A stretch of DNA of 64,000 nt from an uncultured Planctomycetia bacterium. GTDB taxonomy: Bacteria > Omnitrophota > Gorgyraeia > CAYWPX01. The notes beneath the pieces are model-generated. The model made no database searches. It had not been told where the DNA came from and saw nothing but the letters and a program-made list of their open reading frames with translations. Positions 60,201 to 62,745 of this stretch are shown here, one piece after another. Location of the stretch: contig CAYWPX010000003.1 in the NCBI GenBank assembly GCA_964460615.1, positions 155,028 through 219,027 on the forward strand, written 5' to 3'. Within the stretch, counting starts at the first letter, position 1. Each line of letters begins with the position of its first letter. The position numbers and the translations under genes were made by a program.

Positions 60201-62459
60201 AGTATCAAAATTCGACCAATCTATTTCCGTTTCAAGGTCCGCCACATCGTCTGCTGAAATTCCGGACAAGGCATAATCAATATCGCTTGTTTCGTATTGA
60301 TCATTAGAAATTACGGTTCTTCTCTTAACTTCATCCTTAATTATATTTCTTAGCTGTTCAATATTTATATTGACCGTTTCATCAATTAAATCAATGCCCT
60401 CCTGAGTTCCCGCTGCCTGGGCGGGCATTTCAGGAGCTTCTTCACTCTTCTTGCCGGCGCTTCCTTGAGGCGGCTTAACCATCGGCAACTCATTATCTTC
60501 ATCAGTAGCGGCTCTACGTCCAGTTATTAATTGATCAAGCCAGTCAACAAAATTGGCTAATCCAAGGCTCTGAATAAAATATATTGCCTGTAACTGATAA
60601 TCCTGTTTTTTAGAAAATTTGTCTATAAGGTTTTTCGTAGAATCTGCTATCGTACTAACAGTTGACGGAAGCGGCGCGAACATTCTCTGGATATAAGCAG
60701 AAAAAGCGGCATTTGCGTCTTCCTGTTCCTTTTTATAAAGCGGGTCGTTATTATCTCCGATACCATTTTTATTTACATCCGACCATTCGTTTAGATCGAA
60801 AGGAAACGCGTCAACATCATCCGTATAACCATCCGCATCCGAATCATCGTCTTTAATTAGGCCCGTTGTTGAGGTGCCTGTTATAGTATCTGGTTTACCG
60901 TCCTTATCAGTATCTTTAGAGGCAGATGCATCCAGTGGGAAAGCGTCTATATTGTCATTTACTCCATCGACATCACTGTCAACCAATGCGGGATTCAAAC
61001 CCTTCATAAGCTCATCTTTATCTAAAATTCCATCACCATCAGAATCACTTGACAATGGGTTAATGCCCCTATCCAGCTCTTCTTTGTCAGGCACCCCATC
61101 CGCATCCGAATCGTTAGTCAATGGATTCGTCCCAATCGTAAGTTCATTATTATCATTAATACCATCGTTATCGGTATCTTCAATGAGAGGATTTGTACCT
61201 AACTCGATCTCCCTTAAGTTTGTTACTCCATCGTTATCATTATCAGGGAATTCTTCTCCTATAACCTGATCATTCAAATCCAAATGAGTAATCTTCCCTA
61301 CTAAATTAGAAGCTGCAAGCTCTTTCAGGTCATAACCGGTAAGGACGCCGTTGGCATACACATATTCCCTGATAGTCCCGTTATTATAAACTTCCTTGAG
61401 TATCTGGCCGTCCTGAGAAATGTATGTCTGATCATTGGTTTCTGTGTTCTTTATGACAATCCCATTAATATTGTATATGAATTCATATACTACATTATCC
61501 TGGCCCATCAAAGATTTTAACCTGTTAGAATAATCATATTTAAGGGTTAAAGTAGGAGTGACAACCGTTGTTTCAACAATATTCTCACTGGCATCTCTCG
61601 CATAGGAATAATTATCCTCTGTCCCATCCTGATAGATAATTTTACTTATTAAATTATTTTCAAATAACACCACTTTATTATCGCTGGCATATTTTATGGA
61701 CAGAACCTTGTTATCAGGGCTATAAGTAACTATATCGCCGTTATTAAGCGTTGCTATAATTTTAGCGACATTTCCTTCATTATCCAATTCATACGAATAA
61801 TTAGTTGTGACTCCGTCTTTAGTATAAGAAGATATTCTGCCATTATCAAAATTTATAGTTTCGCCGGAAGTAAATGTGTAAGAAACAATATTTCCATTTT
61901 CATTATATATGAGGAAACTACCGTTGGATTTAGTTATAGTGATCTGTGTTATTTTAGTGGGATCGGTTTGATCAAAAACATAGGAATAGACAGCTACATC
62001 GCCGGTTGCTTCAGTTATAGTATCTATAAGATTATTATTGAATGTAACTACTTTGCCGTCTTCATATACCTGGCTGACTACATTACCGGTTGCATCAATA
62101 TTGGTTGTCACGACATTACCGGGAACGGTTTCTTTGTTAAGCGCTTTATTCTGAGCTTCTTCAAGCGCCTGCATTTCTTTTACAAGTTCTTCCTGTCTAG
62201 ACTGGGCATCCTGTTGTGTACTTAACGGCACAGATTGTCTTTCTTGACGCTGTTGCATTAATTCTCTGATGTCTGCAGCCCTAGAAACTTCCTGAAACAA
62301 AAAAGTAAAAACTAGCACGGATGCAATTGTTTTGAGCCAAAATCTACGCCTAGCTGATCTCCACTCGAGAATGCTCAAAAGCTCTGCTTCGGTCCTGTCA
62401 TCGTAAAATGACATCTCACCCACATCATCTCTTGGTCTAATTTTTTCTTCGTTTGTCAT
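42267..62459 (-). CDS. Giant multidomain surface protein, N-terminal 6730-aa segment (start ATG at 62457-62459; ends at the in-frame TAG 42267-42269)
   Basis: ORF track gives 6730 aa with no stop. AAGGA lies 7 nt upstream of the ATG. The N-terminus carries one hydrophobic helix (FWLKTIASVLVFTFLFQEV). The protein is rich in T/Y/D/N/G/S and full of YD repeats (YxYDxxGN-type), with LamG, beta-helix, FKBP and TSP3 motifs. Confidence 0.9.
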   Translation of the reverse strand: MTNEEKIRPRDDVGEMSFYDDRTEAELLSILEWRSARRRFWLKTIASVLVFTFLFQEVSRAADIRELMQQRQERQSVPLSTQQDAQSRQEELVKEMQALEEAQNKALNKETVPGNVVTTNIDATGNVVSQVYEDGKVVTFNNNLIDTITEATGDVAVYSYVFDQTDPTKITQITITKSNGSFLIYNENGNIVSYTFTSGETINFDNGRISSYTKDGVTTNYSYELDNEGNVAKIIATLNNGDIVTYSPDNKVLSIKYASDNKVVLFENNLISKIIYQDGTEDNYSYARDASENIVETTVVTPTLTLKYDYSNRLKSLMGQDNVVYEFIYNINGIVIKNTETNDQTYISQDGQILKEVYNNGTIREYVYANGVLTGYDLKELAASNLVGKITHLDLNDQVIGEEFPDNDNDGVTNLREIELGTNPLIEDTDNDGINDNNELTIGTNPLTNDSDADGVPDKEELDRGINPLSSDSDGDGILDKDELMKGLNPALVDSDVDGVNDNIDAFPLDASASKDTDKDGKPDTITGTSTTGLIKDDDSDADGYTDDVDAFPFDLNEWSDVNKNGIGDNNDPLYKKEQEDANAAFSAYIQRMFAPLPSTVSTIADSTKNLIDKFSKKQDYQLQAIYFIQSLGLANFVDWLDQLITGRRAATDEDNELPMVKPPQGSAGKKSEEAPEMPAQAAGTQEGIDLIDETVNINIEQLRNIIKDEVKRRTVISNDQYETSDIDYALSGISADDVADLETEIDWSNFDTTWDTTGSYPTMWKSYVTDAGWDSLVKALVNKFGSDVAGQDINGDGIREIDLAKFRVYLNSTFTKRTDTAGTTISTTVIFSDGSKIERDANGFLVSETDKTGKKTEYAYKKDGEGNILGKFVIKSDGTYEEIVGETVVKSGNEVDFAKLGDAIGVKYTGSYLNGEVFDTNENSSTLLNFSIGSGSVIKGFEDAVVGLRLGEEVTVVIPPERAYGLTGTHPMAGQTLVFKIKLEKLNGEWYSNKAQLDEEQSLDVFTKISNYFDSLNLTPLTNVSQMASRVIDVIRTFLESVMDTANDQYAGIRNILSGTNPVLLTQTGINGIISYLNNQITNIINCATNVLNYFFPDQEKEKIAIATILYDILTGVTTELKDSNADLKISFESIARYANAKGFDLKAYKIDPDNDLVKITQPGVAFINGNHYVVIVSVADGNVNYNDNGVSVTESIEEFKEKFNGEILTSEEIDGAVLLTDDENKNILGQEVGNTIYVDAPINPWTGELVVGTTFNATSGLITVVGFYGTNNSSITYTINNGSPRSMSTAYFKSTYGANAEGVIQAAINSANYGDTVMLGEGTFNFYSGSIKLKQGVRLLGQGADKTKIVKNIGGYTSMVAVDHANDVVISGITFEGIYNNGPRYGIWVDRSRNVTIENNTFRYMGSGGNGGAIGVGWISGSYTEYMDTDYNILINNNKFLDTRDAGIFLDYAAATITNNYFSSGTYYGEVIPYYSSFFYSTAIKGWGRFGGIIKDNVINNMTRGFELESFSDAAYEPSDPLIENNTINNTKMAINIIQANPTIRNNIIINPQEMAVNYQLKTSVAPEDINVFENNVFWASTLTFDSRLFATYPDFYLNNSFIDQQPGFKNYNPATFGTNYSDFAMDPMSEFISEAGAGTSDTMKKFYDSNGSVNRIVYPDNSEVRYTWDYAYDDDNNITGKSILEIKKISPSGVVSTYENFNAIDTGMNPIITEEDGVFYGYEFDPETGLPSFKTVTDGEYELRFEYIYEGGVIQGEKLISSEDYDGNVTTYNNDGMVSTIMTSSGIKVYTYIKDSSGQIIKVIVSSGTTSVNQLNRDENGNVLSIYDSKGRKLDFNIDGLVIKITETTGETYTFNYSSKGISIINDILKSLNLNSFGDPIGSLYDATSMPGSRLGYLLQNNGNVISECLLRAIDNYKYVVNNDSIATNNINDFGDAVGTTYSIIDENTIRVTYPDGTTKDLDYFELNSSNVPADRAAYFVKNYRNKLLTADFMDQTGFLNAILEIETYLDNNNLNFWGFEGTPGTGFIIPSDRYQYILSINPELINRLVESVSAVESSTQNGGGIIIQYGANGKVEKITNIDGTAFIFDADGKSTALTTDKDVTISADRVRQIVNNAKLDIVSDFSFNVNNMSISSVESKIFSDYDFDGYRSDDDTTMLTPTAGLKVKFSYKGLPITYIIDITTGEAYPEPNLTQKVNAFKNSIADLAARTGISEEDITLKNILEGTPVNNTDMAAFYKFDGNANDMTGNNYNGTIYGSPVLVNGQSGRGYNFNGTSDYISLGNNNNLSLSNFTVTSWFKWDGPITGQNFRTIVSRGEGGSGYTQNYMIYVGNDGKVGARVGNGGTTETYFTSDVNINDGKMHFVALAYDSDKGTGQLYVDGIASTLKTGLLPAYTSTASTTSIGIWQSANYGKWDGVIDEVRIYNKALTNSQIQTLRTKEADPEGTFDNETTAYRFFFSANNFLYMYNSVLADPDSKTYMDPAIINVLTNDVASARTDLYNKIRTVAPISSASEIKFEGMQEYTFADDTLGGFDPTGLSTTKNVKGYKLFFTFGGLVAEYHLRKGATTLYCATNLNAVTIPLIYSSINALVSKSFIGSTTDDKKAVAIASVQKMIWDDETLGGYRTDITPSGTDTEGYKIILSYGAKTYEFHTNLTNAYLIPELSDMYTLVSDAKAYLVTRTALKDAQFDIFNLVSADFKLISVEKAQWADRTLGGYSSDNTVESISGYKIVFQAKGNYYEFHTYKDGAINKIYLDPVMDNTASFGNNIGAIKNAISNLSTFLACDKNKIKFVSMIRPEGEDYKIVLKYKGITYEYDYDGTTLTLKPIMAGQPLVNGKKLIEAIAKDLYENIAGYGVGKYDLYFGEEITLAGIVNYNWADSTLDGYDLTGDKNVPASGYVVKLNYKGMVFEYHYNASNGRFFLNPNIKLYDAVKVSFKVDELGRLKSITDSNGQDIFYLYGINKYGESTTFNSKVSLDTVTEYDVNGNRLSTSYYDGSKITYYVTNDERNGLTKEVFDSMGALGYRYIYTVDAAGQVETRTLLAGPLYQGSISAIKHDMSMGIDYSLLSIDTANTGNGVWTFKPVRFGTTNLQLVNQLVDTSDTDYNLTRGLFNIDLTVEDSEAAGVTHTIIVNSVGVVIRYDGEDVENGKIVFTINKNDTLRVELRNEITSGKGAYSWSLLTDGSLTPVADASSNLTLKGTKLGSEYLNFYNPITKESFFVSLSIEEAEEGYTPKTVIVTATNNINSSITLKMGDVVKFDLDSNWKLSPRVDTMHYYVYNAFGDIDHDVAQDGTTIYYSTDDEDKGIIIRKVDKYGRTIYDRNSENKPVTVTDKYGNFYYYEYLVDGEGYTMTKVTLMDGTPGAPGTNSIRIWKYNELGELISEMDARYPQSEITYQYFKNSSGKITGKLEIGLNIHNMYEYAPDGKLTRVTDIKNKVSTYTYTKDSENKDITLVETEKYIQTFNSDGDLIKNESKVNADDVTTYKYVKDPNGALIAKYEMKNNVVLTKYEYTKIGLTRMVPDSTGKFNEKVDPLVETKKVQNFPTSDVLANIFKQYSKVNDASPDVLLTTDENPMGYSFAPTRVLVKLNNGFTGADLDAIINEIKTVYGITNITKELISGVTYKITFTPGDVIETKYTYERDYFNSITNSIITETNKVTYINSQGDVTKIVDKSAKTVTTFSYLKDASYGFNTQVTETIGDDANGDGEISGAETSYVNSIKYYDSKGRITALIDKGGIASGDTQSSPSIKYYYDPVTDLLNRAYTKSENTTSFYYDSMVTDSLEKGVVWRVEAGDVATPGSGTLKATYNYEYDESTGNMLWYDEVAYDTFVLDKYDGTTENLNTVVTINKKIEYVYTTTKPYRLMMIKAKDKAGKITRHYYNTSTGELVRSYSEENNLTYFYDAKNNISDIYEGDLGAKDISKLKTHYDYTYDASGQITRSVETRYIASGTVTATETNTTDFDSIGRISKVTDKAGHEYFYYYQSNPADPTPDKAKFNKLNYIYDQYNDTTSFYNNAGLLKSVYKGNSANPSVTDLLYRYVYSASDFASDYNYILLKDRKIGYKRLEGASSGGYGNEDFTNTGIRYDKQLVTNYSQGTVEFWYQPEWASGKDTSILKCATTDTVSSTSYLGIYMRKAGTANNKIYFRYGVNETNAVTLDLDAPADDSPFKFANFNNKWHHFAITWSGGRFYAYIDGTLIGSATFATPSLPSTFYFGNGSVNATSRGLNGTVDNIVGFNYGKTLDQLKEDYLSTPLFGATGQTFFDDFEGTNSATGRVAITGNIAKGGLITLSETYDTTYYNGRTGDPAYTDVAAKRGKSKTQLDVLNNRTYAYEYDNFGNLKYVYDQKNNQTSYYDDKANVTDIYKGNGDAAKLPANLLYHYDYTFDENGNIIQRKDTRKVTVDGGQVMDDVTTNIYDINEGKIVEVIDNNNNKFYYEYTPVWINGVQHMGDLRTIYDEFNGQTTFYDATGNVTDVYKGDYRGYNNFIMNLNGYLSPETHLVHYNYYMDSKGAIKRSVEKYFEKKATGQSLFIGNNQAVDYSRTGILSTFATGTLDMWVKPMDVTSVHNYFYLGAGGTGGTEQHLRLAFDPTSIGGGKVKGFIFTMGNGTSKTEIAMNGNVEVGEWYKLTVTWNFSATTKFVALYVNGEQRAYRDNTTTFYYPTTISSTTYPKFRIGNVYTVTTTGANAFIDNIRFTSSTVTGRSQVADDYKGLYPGNVTTLFSADYEGSVNGTVTGTKVGMATEFYKAGITVQPTVTTKFYYNNDDDAGSANIGKVYRSFNRVETDRTKIDNIQYTYDAEGYLLYSEDKTGSPNKKIVYNKRGLMTEYYEWVSTAYVLKKTYSYAYSDANGNLGDVLSQTEYITGTQKYNVTTFNSYGKIDTVIAYDNNGTTVLGRYKYYYDTESLVGVSYAIEKTDPTTNAKTTDYFNKDNFVEDTYAGVYGDLTKQLYHYEYTFSVYGNNLEMETSIRFDMTKPSDTVPVAGDIYFYRSGKYYYVYDKSIYKTNTNGYTATVGDVVSSINQNGAVTDYVYSGGKLSYTTYKPNGVDGAGALRTYYKDNPLDATQRVADYVYGWNSGTTYNVPVSKYYVYSSISDTIRSNDVKFISYEYDMSNYAIGTDLSTFNPQTGTYANLFTKRGYLTNNFNGNLMCIIDKNGARTDYFYNTNGLAFSFDQTKKQFTYYDDKNQPRDVYKGTYSTTPDENALKLSGWLYHYEYTFDSKLTLQTIKEYDKVNGNGLSIREYDEDGNLTAYTDRFNNRTTYTYTNGILTKSHDLSRKRTTLYYTTGIEKGQPSDIYYDQNGLGTGEYYQLKHYTYTFTANVYNISTSTETSYDKVNGGGETLTTTSTTTYNYTTVGGYTFVQNYYITDSDNWKTYYYFDVTANYGALLRSYSERDKQVTEFDNTGNPVAIYRYLGSTAYTGVAPVGVNYALLADYAYTYDTNNLIRTVTSNNYDKDSYNNVITQTSTTTYFYSGNSVEHTEMTDSTGNVIKNYYNTDSGRLISSYNKASNTTSFFDAYSGEVTSVYNNDYTPNKTKVAADLRNSYAYTYNATTGNVTNITETRYNDSGVANGTVISDLYYNSATGNKKLINKIVVIKDKMGNVTDKVRYAYDSDREAISKIYNYYKNETSTLDNFGQVLVVYKGNMLGEDLDNDAVIDAGEDIDQDGTLDAAIALSNQYRVRSYLYTYQSGRLVKSEEIVYYDYISDVSFKSYKNVTTYEYETVNGIAKVKKVTVKDENDKIKGIYFYNTTSDKLDSVYDPSQNELTYYDTNSSPLNIFEASLDASNNVIKGNQKYWLVNTYDATYTDRLITVAKYKGASLTVDNLLNKSYFSVADGRVEKQEFFNGSATPETTRTYVYVNGVLATAKEQSTDSRGQETLVTYFYEGTSGNERMVRMIDPSNSMETYYFYKGEITPDPNVIGATLNLTGITLDIDSDEAGSDNADMDYCISVRKLMDGSVERTVTVFQGTGNSEKVAVIYSLGADTTYKSNIHPRTLYYYDSATGKLINTTESNPNRPNALAQGVTSLTRYADVDGEQRAVSYESYDSVITYVYKDDGNLDYTITKDKRSYYGAQTSYYDADGKITLIKDKNEIMYYFEYPTDANGYNNYAIGYSKTVQKIYYKRSGAEVVSVSKEEYTAHSTDPAYFVVSSSKEYNNNSEMIESVDENGISTKYSYLKDSASGRTKYMYTSMTYTDPTNASNVITNVKGYEYYVESTVPASVPASQKAGWIGQIKALIDENGHKTMYSNYAFDDKGNVASVRETDWAFRGEDVNGNGVLDAGEDTNSNGQLDSKYLDKYFVTETGSINTYGDLTMVGELDYSKDNKGNRIYYQYNKDYKGNRTRITQTFFSYEGGATDPYSYSMTTYYNADGSIKALTDKNGNNSSFTYEWDNKLNVIASHETTTRHEDINNDGTYEYIEVKKTKNFYINGAVMSEVEDRKGTDAQFNKTITFTYTNDSLGNTTKMRRTTTYKDDINQDGVADQTITFYEDTEYNLEGDVVKFTDKNSRVTEYAYLKDALGNVTSSIEKASYRDTDINCDGVIDANDQVTNYSQKFFEDGSLVSIIDQNGAETRIGYERFATGDIKKRIEYKKIGKDITTGDEQFVATGTIEYDLLGNPIASTNEYGIVKNITYNRNYRGEITEVINTTPARNNKVERVVMDPRSGDNLQSIDNNGNITKFSYTKDAKGNILTATQTKTNASGVNYVDSITTYNIYGDM
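48359..48899 (-). other. LamG-like domain 3
   Basis: GTLDMWVKPMDVTSVHNYFYLGAGG…GEWYKLTVTWNFSATTKFVALYVNGEQRAY. Confidence 0.55.
49814..50249 (-). other. LamG-like domain 2
   Basis: QGTVEFWYQPEWASGKDTSILKCATTD…NNKWHHFAITWSGGRFYAYIDGTLIG. Confidence 0.55.
53684..54929 (-). repeat. Five tandem copies of an uncharacterised module of about 95 aa (about 285 nt)
   Basis: Protein repeats: FADDTLGGFDPTGLSTTKNVKGYKLFFTFGG…EYHL; WDDETLGGYRTDITPSGTDTEGYKIILSYG…EFHT; WADRTLGGYSSDNTVESISGYKIVFQAKG…EFHT; …EDYKIVLKYKGITYEYDY; WADSTLDGYDLTGDKNVPASGYVVKLNYKG…EYHY. The periodicity is also visible at nucleotide level, for example …gttttagcgccatagctaaggattattttatagcc… and …gtttcctttagcctggaaaactatcttatatcc…. 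Confidence 0.6.
55169..55775 (-). other. LamG / concanavalin-A-like lectin domain 1
   Basis: AFYKFDGNANDMTGNNYNGTIYGSP…SWFKWDG…HFVALAYD…LYVDG…WDGVIDEVRIYNKALT. Confidence 0.6.
57660..58590 (-). other. Right-handed parallel beta-helix (pectate-lyase-like) region
   Basis: Repeated NNxxxxN rungs: VTIENNTFRY, ILINNNKFLD, TITNNYFSS, IKDNVINN, LIENNTINN, TIRNNIIINP, VFENNVFW. Confidence 0.65.
58890..59280 (-). other. Possible papain-like (C39-like) cysteine peptidase domain
   Basis: A Cys in NIINCATNVL, followed about 85 aa later by GNHYVVIVSVADGNVNY (His then Asp). The spacing resembles the C39 family. This is motif-level evidence only. Confidence 0.3.
59531..59789 (-). other. FKBP-type peptidyl-prolyl isomerase domain
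   Basis: GVKYTGSYLNGEVFDTNE…NFSIGSGSVIKGFEDAVVGLRLGEEVTVVIPPERAYGLTGTHPMAGQTLVFKIKLEKL, a typical FKBP C-terminal signature. Confidence 0.7.
60734..61277 (-). repeat. Thrombospondin type-3-like Asp-rich Ca-binding repeats (about 10 units)
   Basis: Repeated DxDxDGxxDxxE and TNPLxxDSDxDG motifs: DNDNDGVTNLREIELGTNPLIEDTDNDGINDNNELTIGTNPLTNDSDADGVPDKEELDRGINPLSSDSDGDGILDKDE…. Confidence 0.65.
62286..62342 (-). other. N-terminal transmembrane signal-anchor helix (residues about 40-58)
   Basis: RRFWLKTIASVLVFTFLFQEV is preceded by basic residues and followed by a coiled-coil-like segment rich in Q, E and R. Confidence 0.7.
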
Positions 62460-62466
62460 AGCTTTT

Positions 62467-62471
62467 TCCTT
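62467..62471 (-). promoter_or_regulatory. Ribosome-binding site AAGGA, 7 nt upstream of the ATG
   Basis: Minus strand reads aaaaaaggaaaaagct then ATG. Confidence 0.5.
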
Positions 62472-62495
62472 TTTTAATATTCAGTTCCTAAACTG

Positions 62496-62523
62496 TTTAT
62501 AAAACTTTTTATAAAAAAGTCAA
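62496..62523 (-). promoter_or_regulatory. Candidate sigma70-like promoter: TTGACT, 15-nt spacer, TATAAA (minus strand)
   Basis: Reverse complement reads ttgacttttttataaaaagttttataaac, about 40-65 nt upstream of the ATG. The spacer is short and the -10 is imperfect. Confidence 0.3.
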
Positions 62524-62675
62524 AAAAAAATTCCCGGTTATATTTTATCAATATAAACTAGGCAAAACTTTTCTATGATTTTTAAAATCATACTCAACCT
62601 CATTATTCTCCATAAAAATATACAAAATATGTTTTCATATTTCTAACATAAGTATACCTTACAGAAATACATATT

Positions 62676-62705
62676 GCAAGTTTTTTTTTAACTTTTTAAA
62701 CTTGC
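62676..62705 (-). terminator. Weak hairpin downstream of the LamG/BNR gene (GCAAGTTT...AAACTTGC, 8-bp stem, A-rich loop)
   Basis: Inverted repeat seen directly. The loop is large and there is no clear U-tract, so the terminator function is doubtful. Confidence 0.2.
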
Positions 62706-62745
62706 TTACTTTATAAATTTCTAACTTTTCATGCTTTTTAATGGT

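Larger units (their letters stand above)
62460..62745 (-). promoter_or_regulatory. AT-rich intergenic region upstream of the giant gene (promoter and 5' UTR)
   Basis: 286 bp with no ORF, very AT-rich with poly-A/T tracts, between the stop of the upstream gene (62746) and the ATG of the giant gene (62459). Confidence 0.55.

Noticed and set aside
7-61269. All + strand ORFs in the track (for example 26197..27246 349 aa, 42417..43244 275 aa, 15646..16242 198 aa, 29464..29964, 60874..61269)
   Set aside because: They lie antisense to the continuous minus-strand frame. They are low-complexity (S/L/A/I-rich), lack RBS context and are the expected shadow ORFs of an A/N/T/S-rich coding strand. None shows a recognisable domain.
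62460-62745. tRNA, small RNA or CRISPR repeats in the only sizeable non-coding stretch
   Set aside because: It is an AT-rich homopolymer-type sequence with no cloverleaf-compatible stems and no direct repeats of CRISPR type.
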